A stretch of DNA of 64,000 nt from an uncultured Actinomycetota bacterium (GTDB lineage: Bacteria > Actinomycetota > Acidimicrobiia > Acidimicrobiales > RAAP-2): contig CAWCEX010000010.1 in assembly GCA_963794755.1 (NCBI GenBank), positions 617,621-681,620 of the forward strand, written 5' to 3'. How positions within the stretch are numbered: position 1 is the first letter of the stretch; each line of letters starts with the position of its first letter. The translations under genes and the position numbers were made by a program. Positions 52,339 to 62,040 of this stretch are shown piece after piece. A model generated the notes under the pieces. The model had not been told where the DNA came from. It made no database searches and saw only the letters and a list, made by a program, of their open reading frames with translations.

Positions 52339-52773
52339 ATGTCGTGGATGTGGTTGTATCTGGCAATCGTGCTGGAGGTCGCCGCAACCGTTTGCATGAA
52401 GCTCTCCGATGGATGCTCGCGGGCCATCCCTTCGGTGTTTATGGTGTTGTTTTACGGCGTTAGCTTCTTTCCCACTGCAATAGCGCTGCGCCGATTGGAT
52501 GTTGGCATGGCTTACGCGGTGTGGTCAGCGGTGGGCACGTCACTTATCACCCTGGTTGGTATGGTGCTATTCAAAGAGCAGATGTCGCTTACCAAGATGG
52601 CTGCGCTCGGAATCATTATCTTCGGTGTCGTCGTGCTGAGTTTGAGTGGCAAAGCTGAGAGCCAGCCCGCTCGGTCTACGGCAGACATAGAACGAGCCGT
52701 GAAATTGCACCTGCCCACCCGCGTGCTGCTAACCAGCGAGGAGTCGAGTTCTACCCGTTTGCCTTTGCGTTGA
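52339..52773 (+). CDS. SMR/DMT small multidrug efflux protein (EmrE/QacE-like)
   Basis: WLYLAIVLEV (conserved E), AYAVWSAVG, GVVVL. Confidence 0.88.
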   Translation: MSWMWLYLAIVLEVAATVCMKLSDGCSRAIPSVFMVLFYGVSFFPTAIALRRLDVGMAYAVWSAVGTSLITLVGMVLFKEQMSLTKMAALGIIIFGVVVLSLSGKAESQPARSTADIERAVKLHLPTRVLLTSEESSSTRLPLR

Positions 52774-52809
52774 CGTTGAAGCAATGGATGTCGCGCTATT
52801 CCAACTCGC

Positions 52810-53610
52810 CTAGTTGTTGCGGCTGCGAAGCTTGGAGAGCAAGCGGATGATTTCCAGGTAGAGCCAGACGAGCGTAACCATGATGCCGAAGGCACCGTAC
52901 CACTCCATAAATTTGGGCGCGCCCTGATTGACGCCCTGCTCGATGAAGTCGAAATCGAGGACAAGGTTAAGGGCGGCGATGGCGACTACGAAGAGGCTGA
53001 CGGCGATGCCGATCGGGCCAGAGCCGTTGATGGCGACAAAATGGATGCCGAATAGGCCGAGAATCATCTCAGCAAAATAGAAGAGGCAGATGCCTCCGGT
53101 GGCGGCGACGATTCCGAGGCGAAGCTTTTGGGTGACCTTGATGACGCCAGTGGAGTAGGCCGCGAGCAGCACGAAGAGGGTGGCGAACGTGAGTCCGACG
53201 GCCTGAATGGCGATACCGGGGTAGCGAAGGTCCAGCATGGCGGAGAAGGCACCGAGGAAGAGCCCTTCAAGTAGGGCATAGATGGGCGCGGTGATGGGAG
53301 ACCATTCGCGCTTGAAGCTGGTGATAAGGGCGAAGATGAGTCCGCCGAAGATACCGACCAGCATTTCGAGCGACACGGAGGCAGGGTCGTGGGTCGCCGC
53401 GAACTGTGTCCATGTGAAGAAGGCGGAGGCGACAGCGAGGACGAGCAGGATTCCGGTTTTGTTGACGGTGCCGCTGAGGGTCATGCTGCTGCTGGTGCTG
53501 ATGGCTCCGCCATACTGGGCGCCGGAAACGCCGCCGCCGTAAGAGCTGTCGGACAAGCCGCTGAAAGTGTTGCTGCCGAGGGCGGGATTGGATGTCTTGA
53601 ACAAGGCCAT
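52810..53610 (-). CDS. Bax inhibitor-1/YccA family membrane protein
   Basis: KTSNP, YALLEGLFLG, LVLDFDFIEQG..APK.MEWY.AFG..VTLVWLY.E. Confidence 0.9.
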   Translation of the reverse strand: MALFKTSNPALGSNTFSGLSDSSYGGGVSGAQYGGAISTSSSMTLSGTVNKTGILLVLAVASAFFTWTQFAATHDPASVSLEMLVGIFGGLIFALITSFKREWSPITAPIYALLEGLFLGAFSAMLDLRYPGIAIQAVGLTFATLFVLLAAYSTGVIKVTQKLRLGIVAATGGICLFYFAEMILGLFGIHFVAINGSGPIGIAVSLFVVAIAALNLVLDFDFIEQGVNQGAPKFMEWYGAFGIMVTLVWLYLEIIRLLSKLRSRNN

Positions 53611-53816
53611 GGAGTGCCTCCTGAATCAAATGTAACGCAAAAGATGGAGGCTTGGAGCGAGAGAGATGCCTTGGTATTGAACTTGCCCCACGTCAAAGGC
53701 AAATGGATTGAAACTCTGAAATTGATTGCCATTGTGGCGGAGAAGGTTTAGACGTGAGCACGGTCTGCGGCACCAGGGCGACAGGTGCACATGGCTCCGG
53801 CTGGCACCGGGCTCTT

Positions 53817-53930
53817 CTATTGGTTCCGTGAACGTCCAGCCGCAATTACGAGAATGATACCTATAATCACTGAACTGATTACGAGTCCAGCGGCAATCGC
53901 GTTGGGTGATAAATCTATATTTCCATTCAT
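53817..53930 (-). CDS. Possible single-TM micropeptide
   Basis: MNGNIDLSPNAIAAGLVISSVIIGIILVIAAGRSRNQ. Confidence 0.35.
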   Translation of the reverse strand: MNGNIDLSPNAIAAGLVISSVIIGIILVIAAGRSRNQ

Positions 53931-54428
53931 GGCAATGCGAACTCTACACTTTCGGCAACCCTGCTGCAAGCAAAGACGGCCGCCCACTACCCGGCAAGGG
54001 TAACTCTGGACAACTCTGCCTCCCGAAGCGATAATCGTGGGTTTCCCGGACTCCTTCCATGTGCGCCCGAGCATGAAACATGGGGCGAAGTCATATGCGG
54101 TCAGTGTGGTGAGGTTTTTCGTGTCGGGCCTAATCGGGACTATTCAGACCCCGCACAGAAGATGAGGTACATGAAGAAGTTCTTGCGGACGAGCACAGGC
54201 AGGGTGATAGGCATCAGAACCGCTACGACTTGGGCTGATAGACCGCTCGCTTCAGCCGTGTGCACCTTGTGCCACTCAGATAGCCTTCGCTCACCGTGAT
54301 CAATCTCGCCTCGTTTTTTGTCCAGTGGGCCTATCCCACATCGACCCTCGAGCGCCAGAACTGGTTACCGAAGTACTCTGGCCGTTCGATTCGACTGAAG
54401 CTAAAGTAAACCGCTCAAGAGGGTGCCC

Positions 54429-54695
54429 ATGGACGCCACTGAAAAACCCGATATCAACGCTATCTGCTTGCAAAATGCCGTACTCTGCGCCGATTGCGAG
54501 GTAATCAGCGACAGCCCGCATGACACCTGCTGCGTCTGCGGAAGCCGCTCGTTGTTGAGTTTGTCCCGTGTTCTCGGCACACTCCCGGTACAGAGGGCGC
54601 AGCTAATAAATACTTGGGTGTCCAAGTCTGAAAGGCCAAATTTCTCACTGGAAGTTCGAATTCACCCTATGCGGATTCGGCGACCTGTGGCGTAG
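54429..54695 (+). CDS. Cys-rich microprotein, family B (AVLCxxCE...CxVCGSRSL)
   Basis: AVLCADCEVIS..TCCVCGSRSLLSLSRVLG; paralogue at 58899-59276. Confidence 0.7.
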   Translation: MDATEKPDINAICLQNAVLCADCEVISDSPHDTCCVCGSRSLLSLSRVLGTLPVQRAQLINTWVSKSERPNFSLEVRIHPMRIRRPVA

Positions 54696-54855
54696 AGCGT
54701 CGTAATGCAGCAGCACCACCACCTCCACGCCAGCCTCGCATGCCTTCACAAAGATCGTCTTGGTCGCGCTCCACTTTTGCCACAGCCTCGCAGCTGGAAG
54801 AAATGGGAAAAACCGAAGCACGCCGTTGCGACCCAATCCAACTCAGCACGTTACG

Positions 54856-55689
54856 CTACGCAGCCACCGCGACCGAAGAGGCGGGGGCCACGGTTGAGCG
54901 AAGAGTGAGGCAATCGGTGCGCATGCGTGCCCACTCCTGCACTAGAAAACCATGGGACTCAAAGAAGCTGCGAATCTGCGGTTGCACCCGATGTGCCACC
55001 TCTTCGAGGATGGGCACCAGAACACTGAGTGCGTTATCGCTGAGCACGGTACGCTTGGCAATCTGCGTCACGCAGCGCGACTCGGAGACCGCGATGGTGA
55101 GTCCATCACCCTCGTTGACGTGTAGCATGGCGTTCATATCAGAGCAGCCATCTCCCGCATAGACAACGTGATCGAGTCCGATAGAGCGCTCGGCCTGGAG
55201 CTGCATGACGCGCGTCACCTTGCCGTATCCGGCAGTGCACCGAATAAGGCGCTCAATTGCACCGTTAGGTCCCCACTGGAATTCGGTGCCGTAGATGTGA
55301 TCGGCGGGCACAATCCCTTCGAGCGCCGACTGCACGATCTCCACTGGCGCGGCGGAGAGAACGCAAAAGTCGAACTCGTAGCCGGGGATGCCTTCGCGCA
55401 AGGTGTGGTAGAGAAGCTGGATGTTTTCCTTGAGCGGGATGCGCTTTCCGGTTTCAATCAAATGCTCACGGCGAACCCGTGAGCTGAATGTCGGATCGTG
55501 CAGGAGCAGGTATGCGAGTTCCGCGCCCTGCTGCACGAGATTCAACTCCGCCATACCTGCCGCTTTTTCCTTGAACTCCTCAATCGGAATGCCGAGTAGT
55601 TCGGTGAGAACAAGGCCAGAGTCGTTGAAGCTCAAGGTCTGGTCGAAGTCGCTGGCGAACAGATACTGCTTAATCATAATTTCGCTCAT
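54856..55689 (-). CDS. HAD-superfamily hydrolase (phosphoserine phosphatase-like)
   Basis: Motif I DFDQT, LSAAP, GYGK, motif IV GDGCSD. Confidence 0.8.
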   Translation of the reverse strand: MSEIMIKQYLFASDFDQTLSFNDSGLVLTELLGIPIEEFKEKAAGMAELNLVQQGAELAYLLLHDPTFSSRVRREHLIETGKRIPLKENIQLLYHTLREGIPGYEFDFCVLSAAPVEIVQSALEGIVPADHIYGTEFQWGPNGAIERLIRCTAGYGKVTRVMQLQAERSIGLDHVVYAGDGCSDMNAMLHVNEGDGLTIAVSESRCVTQIAKRTVLSDNALSVLVPILEEVAHRVQPQIRSFFESHGFLVQEWARMRTDCLTLRSTVAPASSVAVAA

Positions 55690-56058
55690 ATCAATTCCTA
55701 TGATGCCCGAAGGCTGTTTAGGCGCTGAAGGTGAATTAGAGGTTTATCGGCTATTTGGGTGGTTGATTGGTTAGATGTCTGGCAGCGTGTGGTGGTTGTG
55801 CAGTTTTCATTCAAGGGGGCAGTTCGAAGGCAAGGAGGTCACGGTGGTGCTGGCCGTCCACTTGAAAGAGCAGAGATACATCAATCAATTAACATGGCTG
55901 CGATTTTTGCGCCCACGAAGCAAACTCTCCAACGCATCGAATAGCCCACGTCTGCTGGCCCTCATAGACCGCAAGTAATATCGCACCACATCTGGAGTGC
56001 GTGTTCTTCCAAAACTGACAATGTGGGCACGTCAGCACAGATTCGAGAATCACATCCG

Positions 56059-56880
56059 TCATTTGCTAGCTGCCTTCGAGCGGTCAACCAACTCAGCAAA
56101 CTTCCGCAGTTCCTCGAAGTAATCGTTTCCAGCAACCGGCGTAAGGTTATTGTGACCAGCTTTGTCCGCCCAATAGGAAACCTTCGGTTCATTAGCGGCG
56201 GCGAAGAGCGTCTGGCCGTGATAGAAGCTGATGATGCGATCTCTCTTACCGTGGATGACGAGCACCGGACAATGAACATTACGGATTTTCGCAAGATTAG
56301 GAAATTTATCGAAAGGCAGCAAAGCAAACCGAGTCAGAACTCGGAATGCGCTGGTGAACGTGCTCTCCATAATCAATCCCGCAACTGGACGTCTTGCGGC
56401 AAGGTCAACGGCCGCGGCTCCTCCCAACGAGCGGCCCCACGCAATGATTTGGTCGGGAGGAACGTGCAGGTCGTTGGTGAGGTAATGATAGGCAGCTTCG
56501 CTGTCTTCGTAGAGATGCTCCTCGGACGGTTTACCTTTGCTGGTGCCATAGCCTTGATAATCGTAGGCGAAGACCGAGAATCCTGCATCGCGGATATCTT
56601 CGAGGAACCCAGCGTCGTAGCCCATGTCCTCAGCATTTCCATGGCTAAAGAGGAGAGTGAATTTCGCGTTCGCGTTGGGGAAGTATTTGGCCGAGATTCT
56701 CGCGCCGTCAGCACTGGTTAGCTTCAAGACGGATGCATCGTCCCGATATCCCGGCGAAGGAGGCTGGAAGATGATGCTGTCGGTAAAGACCCCGCCAATT
56801 ATCGTTAGCATCAGGTACGCTCCCGCTATCGCCAGTACCACTCCCCGAACGATTCGCGACGCCCGGCCAGCAACGTGCAT
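56059..56880 (-). CDS. Alpha/beta hydrolase (ABHD17/Bem46-like)
   Basis: HGNAED, YDYQGYG, nucleophile GRSLG, HGKRD, AGHN. Confidence 0.88.
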   Translation of the reverse strand: MHVAGRASRIVRGVVLAIAGAYLMLTIIGGVFTDSIIFQPPSPGYRDDASVLKLTSADGARISAKYFPNANAKFTLLFSHGNAEDMGYDAGFLEDIRDAGFSVFAYDYQGYGTSKGKPSEEHLYEDSEAAYHYLTNDLHVPPDQIIAWGRSLGGAAAVDLAARRPVAGLIMESTFTSAFRVLTRFALLPFDKFPNLAKIRNVHCPVLVIHGKRDRIISFYHGQTLFAAANEPKVSYWADKAGHNNLTPVAGNDYFEELRKFAELVDRSKAASK

Positions 56881-56999
56881 AGCATATTGTACGAAGGGGC
56901 GGGGCAGGAAGTTCAAGCCGCCTTCACTCAATATTGCGTGGTATACGCTCGTGGGCGTGTTCTCCTACAAATTGTTAACAATGCTGGCCGGACTTCGAT

Positions 57000-57191
57000 T
57001 CAGGCGACCGCACGCTGTTTAGCTTTCGCCGACGCAACCAACCTCATCTCCTGTCAGTCATACGGCAACGCCTTGCCGCAGTCCAAGCAGACAATGTACG
57101 TGGTTGAAATCGCCCCCGGCTTTTTGGAGGTTCTCGGAAACGTACAGTGGCGGTGAGTACAACCAAACAGAGCATCGACCAACCTGAACAT
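57000..57191 (-). pseudogene. Family A Cys/His microprotein paralogue with an in-frame TGA
   Basis: MFRLVDALFGCTHRHCTFP..YIVCLDCGKALPYD*QEMRLVAS..; TGA at 57056-57054 where the paralogue has Trp; CAGGAG RBS. Confidence 0.75.
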
Positions 57192-57306
57192 ATTGGACTC
57201 CTGTGGCGCATCTTGGTGTCGAACATATCTTCCAAAAGGAGGAACTCAGGATGAAGAGAAAAGTTGCGGACGGAATCACTTCGGTGACTCATGGGAGGAT
57301 AGAGTC

Positions 57307-57346
57307 GCAACCCCTAACCCTGCCATTGATTGGGTTTAGGGGTTGC
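57307..57346. terminator. Terminator-like hairpin downstream of the ferredoxin
   Basis: GCAACCCCTAACCC...GGGTTTAGGGGTTGC. Confidence 0.5.
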
Positions 57347-57384
57347 TGTTTGCTGTTTTGCAGGTGAAATTACTAATATGAGAC

Positions 57385-57666
57385 CTATTTATAGAAGTCT
57401 GCGTTCTTCTCTGCAAATTTAAAGAAGTCTGCGTTCTTCTCTGCAAAGCCCTTCTTTTCATCGGGAAGCTCATCGGCAGGAAAGATGGAGTTTGTCGGAC
57501 AGACCTCGACGCAAGCACCGCAATCAAGGCATTCTTCGGGATTAATGTTCAACCGCACTTGAATTTGCCACGCAGTGTCGTTTTTGGCGGGGCGAATACA
57601 TTCGTTGGGGCAAACATCGACGCACAGCGCGTCCTTCGTGCAGGTGTCTATTATTACGTGAGCCAT
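57385..57666 (-). CDS. 7Fe-type ferredoxin (FdxA-like) with a duplicated C-terminal decapeptide
   Basis: CTKDALCVDVCPNECI and CLDCGACVEVCP; AAGGAGG RBS; FAEKNADFFK-FAEKNADFYK. Confidence 0.88.
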   Translation of the reverse strand: MAHVIIDTCTKDALCVDVCPNECIRPAKNDTAWQIQVRLNINPEECLDCGACVEVCPTNSIFPADELPDEKKGFAEKNADFFKFAEKNADFYK

Positions 57667-57748
57667 GGTCCAGATCCTCCTTCGAAACGTATAGGGAACA
57701 AACATCGCATCTGGCGAGATAAATTAGCGGATTTAGTTCGTTTTGGCG

Positions 57749-57764
57749 CGTGATTTGCGTCACC
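57749..57764. promoter_or_regulatory. CRP-like site upstream of the ferredoxin
   Basis: CGTGA-TTTGCG-TCACC, 83 bp upstream of the start. Confidence 0.4.
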
Positions 57765-57820
57765 GCTCAGCGGTTTTACAACCCGAAGCCGCTGTTGTTG
57801 ATTGACCGCACAGCGGGTAG

Positions 57821-58171
57821 CTACACATCCTTCAGTTGCTCTTCGTCCATGCCGAAATAATGCCCGAACTCATGGATGACCGTGAGCCGGATTTGCTCCC
57901 GGATATCCGCCTCGGTGGAGCAGACCGCTTCAATGTTTTTCTGGTAGAGCACGACGTAATCCGGCCCCGTAGGCAGATCGAAGACGCTCTTCTTTGTCAT
58001 GGGCACGCCGTGGAAGAGACCCAGCAGGAGTTTCTTTGGGTGAGAGGATGGGGTCTGGCCGGGCGGGAAGTCTTCCACCAGTACAGCGACATTGCTGATG
58101 CGACTGCGGAATTCCTCCGGGAGCGAGTCGAGCACCTCTTGCATGACCTTGGCGAACTGTTCGCGCTCCAT
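57821..58171 (-). CDS. Zincin-like metallopeptidase (Zincin_1/DUF1025)
   Basis: LLGLFHG, VLYQKNIE, TVIHEFGHYFGM. Confidence 0.85.
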   Translation of the reverse strand: MEREQFAKVMQEVLDSLPEEFRSRISNVAVLVEDFPPGQTPSSHPKKLLLGLFHGVPMTKKSVFDLPTGPDYVVLYQKNIEAVCSTEADIREQIRLTVIHEFGHYFGMDEEQLKDV

Positions 58172-58619
58172 GTTGCGCCTTCCTACTCCAACTCAGCAGA
58201 GATCGTGTACTCCCCTGCAGATTTATCCCACGTCACCCGAAGTACATTGGGCTTGCAGCAGACCTGACAATCCTCAACGTAGTTCTGCTTCGTTCCAGAA
58301 GAAGGGTCAACGAAGGTCTCGTTCCACTCGCCACATCCGGCGCATTGGAATCCTGAGGTCATGTGTTCTTCGATGCGCAGTGGGAGGTGCGTTGGGACGC
58401 CCGCGAACTCAGGCGTGGGCTTCCCTATAGATAAAGAGCCAAGTCCAGTGGCGGTGGTGAATAGACCCGAAGCCAGATTATGCCAGCTCGGCGATTTCTT
58501 CCAGCGAATCCCGGTTCAATGCGGGTGTGACTTTATGCACTGGAGCCGGGTGACGGACCTCATTTATTTAGTCCGGGTTGGAGTGCTAAATTTCTCACGC
58601 AAAGAAGACTGGAGCGAAT

Positions 58620-58841
58620 ATGCGGTACGTTCTCTTAGAAATCGGCGACGGCCCAGATGCCGCTATGAAGATTTACCATTTACTGACTTCTCCACCCAAA
58701 CCACAACATACTCAACGGTTGTTCAACGGTTACTCAACCTTCGTTGAAGGCGTCCCCCTCAAGGCGGATGCGGTGGAAATTAAGGATGCGATCTTGCGAG
58801 AGTACTCAGCAGACAGGGTGGTGCCCGACCAGAAACGCTGA
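58620..58841 (+). CDS. Small hypothetical protein
   Basis: GGAG RBS, 73 aa; no family recognised. Confidence 0.45.
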   Translation: MRYVLLEIGDGPDAAMKIYHLLTSPPKPQHTQRLFNGYSTFVEGVPLKADAVEIKDAILREYSADRVVPDQKR

Positions 58842-58898
58842 ACGTGCGACACACATTTGGCGCGAATCGCAAAGGGCGCACCCTGCGAATTCGTGTGC

Positions 58899-59276
58899 TT
58901 ATGCGGCTTTCGCGACTTCAGCATTACCCCCACGGGCAACAGGTTCCACATCGATATGGAAGCATGCTCGGCCTCGCCCGAGGCTCGGTTCAAGCAGACT
59001 GGCAACGGCTTCGACAGTGGCGCTCAAATCTTTGGGCTGAATCTGATTAAAACTGATTGTGATCTCCGCGTCGAATAGTACAACCTGCTCGGAGGGACGA
59101 GCCCTGTGAGATAGCTCAGTACCACCCAACAACCTTGCCAGACTGAAGAGTGAGCGGCTTCCACAGACGAGGCACTCATCAGATAGACCGTTGGAGACAC
59201 ACTCGCAATTTATGCACAACACTGCGCTGTGCAGTGGGACTGCCTCTGAATCTGCTTGGCTGATTCCGTGATGCAT
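58899..59276 (-). CDS. Cys-rich protein, family B paralogue with a C-terminal extension
   Basis: AVLCINCECVS..ECLVCGSRSLFSLARLLG. Confidence 0.65.
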   Translation of the reverse strand: MHHGISQADSEAVPLHSAVLCINCECVSNGLSDECLVCGSRSLFSLARLLGGTELSHRARPSEQVVLFDAEITISFNQIQPKDLSATVEAVASLLEPSLGRGRACFHIDVEPVARGGNAEVAKAA

Positions 59277-59543
59277 ACGACCCGCCCGTAGCAAAAATAC
59301 CACCCAGGAGTTCAGAGGTAGGGTGCATACGCCAGAGTTGCCCCAGCCGTGGTGCTCGCCGGTTTTTTGGGGGTGACGTAGGCGTTGTCGGAGGCTCTCT
59401 ACCGTTAACTTCAGAGAAGGTTCCACCCTATTCTTGTCCGTGGCCTCGCTGGCACTGACATCCACACTGTCCCGTTGGCGTCGAAACCTCCTTGCTTCGT
59501 TCCCGCAGCGGTGCCACAATCCTGCTGAATCGGGAGGGCATCC

Positions 59544-60227
59544 ATGTCATCTTCATCTTCTCCTCGCGATAAATCGATGATTCGGTGTGAACGCTACGGC
59601 CCCAAAGAGAGGGTTGCACTCCTGCGCCAACCTCTTGCACCCGATACCGGAAAGCCCGCCGCGCTTCCCGGCGATTTCATTCTGACTCATTCGTCGGGGT
59701 GGGACGGCAAGCTCATCCGGTTTGGGCAGACTCTCCGTTACCGGGGCACAAATAGAGTCTTCGCGCATTGGAGCCATGCCGCGATCCTCATGGATGAGTC
59801 CGGCAATATTATCGAGGCACTCGGTGGCGGAGTGCAGAAGCGCAGTATCGCCGAGTACGACGACACTGAGTATGTGGTCGTTCATCTCCCGGAGGACACG
59901 ATCCCGCTCGACCGCCAGCACGCAGTGGAATTCGCCAATTTCTGTCTCCATGACTCGTATGGGTGGCTGACCATAATTAGCATTGCTTTTTGTCTACTCA
60001 CGGGCGCGAAGTTCAGCTTCGGGGTGGATGGGCAACAGATATGCTCAGCACTGGTGGCTCGTTGCTTGGAGCGTGTCGGCGACATTTTCTGTAGATACGA
60101 GCCCTGGCACCTTGTACCTGCCGACCTCGCGCAGCACTTCAATGTGCGACTTATAGGCGAGAAGGGGGAGGTACCGGATCAGAAGGCTGGAGTGTTGGCC
60201 TCTTCGAGGTTGGGAGGGCGGCGTTAG
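59544..60227 (+). CDS. Circularly permuted papain-like (YiiX/YaeF, NlpC/P60 superfamily) enzyme
   Basis: PGDFILT, WSHAAI (His), IIEA, Y..YGW, ICSALVA (Cys) in permuted order. Confidence 0.75.
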   Translation: MSSSSSPRDKSMIRCERYGPKERVALLRQPLAPDTGKPAALPGDFILTHSSGWDGKLIRFGQTLRYRGTNRVFAHWSHAAILMDESGNIIEALGGGVQKRSIAEYDDTEYVVVHLPEDTIPLDRQHAVEFANFCLHDSYGWLTIISIAFCLLTGAKFSFGVDGQQICSALVARCLERVGDIFCRYEPWHLVPADLAQHFNVRLIGEKGEVPDQKAGVLASSRLGGRR

Positions 60228-60499
60228 AGCTGAGATGTCGTCAAAGATTCCCACGGATATTGCGGGGCGGCAGGGGCACCACGAGCAGGAATCACCGGAA
60301 TCACCCTGACCGTCCTGCGGCGGTCAATTTCCAAGGTCATAGTTTCAGCGCACTTGCTGCACAACCAGAAATGCTCTATTGCGATTGTCTTCTTCGGCGA
60401 GCCAGATTTCCTCATTACTCTTGGAACACGCAAAAGCATGCCGTCACCGAGATAACAAAGAACTGCCAGACATTGCGGGTTTTCACATTGCTCTTGCAT
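60224..60499 (-). CDS. Zinc-finger-like microprotein, family C (CxNPxC...HFWLCxxC)
   Basis: QCENPQC..EHFWLCSKCAETMTL. Confidence 0.7.
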   Translation of the reverse strand: MQEQCENPQCLAVLCYLGDGMLLRVPRVMRKSGSPKKTIAIEHFWLCSKCAETMTLEIDRRRTVRVIPVIPARGAPAAPQYPWESLTTSQL

Positions 60500-60521
60500 A
60501 GTTAGGAATCGAGCATCGACT

Positions 60522-60767
60522 TCATCGAGTCGAAGAGGGCAGCGGCGTTAGCTGGGGTGCGCCTGTGGGCTTCTTTCCTGTATTGATGGGCAAAACCATT
60601 TTCTGTTCATAACTAGCGACCGCCAGCTCCAGTAGATGCTCGACGCCGTCTTCAGTAGCACCTTCCGGTGCCTTTACCGAACGAAGGAGCGCGAGAACCT
60701 TTTCGAGGTCGTGCAGTGCGGCTTGGTGATTTGTCGAACGCATCACCCTAAGAGACGGCAGCGGCAC
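60522..60767 (-). CDS. Small helical hypothetical protein between the family C pair
   Basis: ALHDLEKVLALLRSV..VEHLLELAVASY; start uncertain. Confidence 0.45.
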   Translation of the reverse strand: MPLPSLRVMRSTNHQAALHDLEKVLALLRSVKAPEGATEDGVEHLLELAVASYEQKMVLPINTGKKPTGAPQLTPLPSSTR

Positions 60768-60969
60768 GAGCCGTAAGCACCGGAATCACGTTCACCTTCT
60801 GATCGCGGTCAATCCCCAAGGTCATGGTCTCGGCGCATTCGCCACACAACCAAAAATGTTCCATCGCTGACAATTTCTCAGTCCCCACTCTCGGTACACG
60901 GAAAAGCTTGCCATTGCTGAGATGGCGGAAGGCTGCAGTACACTTCGGATTTGCGCATTTCGCTAACAC
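60748..60969 (-). CDS. Zinc-finger-like microprotein, family C
   Basis: KCANPKC..EHFWLCGECAETMTL; GAGGAG RBS. Confidence 0.75.
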   Translation of the reverse strand: MLAKCANPKCTAAFRHLSNGKLFRVPRVGTEKLSAMEHFWLCGECAETMTLGIDRDQKVNVIPVLTARAAAVS

Positions 60970-61278
60970 TAATGAAAACTCCTCTATATAGGGCGGAGAC
61001 GTTCGAGAAAAACAACGACACTTTCATTTTTAGATGCCGAACCTGCAGCTCACGTTGTGCTCTGCTCGTCATGAGCTATTCAAAAGTTGACCCATGGCAT
61101 CCTGTGCCCGCAAACTCGCGGGAGATAGGAGTGTCGGCATCATCAAGGCTGGAGGGGCGGCAGAGTTGAAGACAGGTATTTACTTTTATGGTTCCGAACC
61201 GCAGAGCCTTCCAACATGGACGGACACAGCACCATCGAACGGGGCTGAACATCAAATTGTGATTTAGGCCGAGAAGAT

Positions 61279-61491
61279 ATGAAACCTGATATGGGACTAA
61301 TCGTAGCTGTGCAGCGGAATCAAACCGGGGCTGATATTCACAAGCTCAACAACCTGCTGCATCAGTACGTGTGTGCGTGCCAGTCGAGCAACGACACGTT
61401 GGCCGACCGCGCCAAGCACGAACTAATGGACGTATTGATTGAAAGGGGTCTCGCAGCGTGTTGTTCGGAGCGCCACAGCCCATTCCAGTGA
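61279..61491 (+). CDS. Small hypothetical protein
   Basis: 70-aa helical ORF; no family recognised. Confidence 0.4.
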   Translation: MKPDMGLIVAVQRNQTGADIHKLNNLLHQYVCACQSSNDTLADRAKHELMDVLIERGLAACCSERHSPFQ

Positions 61492-61536
61492 CTATTTGGG
61501 TCGATAGGGGCGCTACCGTTAGCGACACTTTCACAT

Positions 61537-61776
61537 TCATTTCTCTTGCGGCAATTGTCGGAATGAAACTAGATGCCATGTACCCTCGGGTGTCGAGGCT
61601 TCCCGCCGCAAGATATAAAGATTGCCATCATCTGCGCGTACTTTATAGAACTCATCATTCGGGCCATACCATTGGTCAAGCACCTCCTCGATTAGGTACT
61701 GGTGCCCGTCAAGTCGAAAACGAATCGGCTTTTCTTCAGCTTTGTAGCCGGAATAGCAGTCTACCTCTAGTTTCAT
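61537..61776 (-). CDS. Small conserved hypothetical beta-rich protein (DUF6504-like, tentative)
   Basis: V.CYSGYK.EE.P.RF..I.EVLDQWYGP..YKVRADDGNLYIL; GAGG RBS. Confidence 0.65.
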   Translation of the reverse strand: MKLEVDCYSGYKAEEKPIRFRLDGHQYLIEEVLDQWYGPNDEFYKVRADDGNLYILRREASTPEGTWHLVSFRQLPQEK

Positions 61777-61862
61777 ACCCTCATCCTGAGACACGAGGGC
61801 GGGCGTGGCAAAGGCCCCCAACATCCAGCCGTCCATGCTGAGGACACCCCGCGCATCCTGTC

Positions 61863-62040
61863 CTACTTGCTGCCGATCACCACTCGCCGGGGCGAAGACG
61901 GAATCTCATGCAATTCGACTGACCGGAATCCAGCGTTGTGGAACATGCATTCAAACTCGGGAAACGTACAGGCGTCTCCATGTGGGGTGGTCGCCAGCAT
62001 CCCCCACCCCCGCCCCGCCGACCGCTGTAATCGCGTCAGC
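61863..62040 (-). pseudogene. C-terminal fragment of a SAM-dependent (O-)methyltransferase-like gene
   Basis: MLATTPHGDACTFPEFECMFHNAGF resembles a methyltransferase C-terminus; no N-terminal part. Confidence 0.4.

Noticed and set aside
57054-57056. Selenocysteine recoding of the in-frame TGA
   Set aside because: It aligns with Trp, not Cys, in the paralogue; no SECIS-like hairpin recognised
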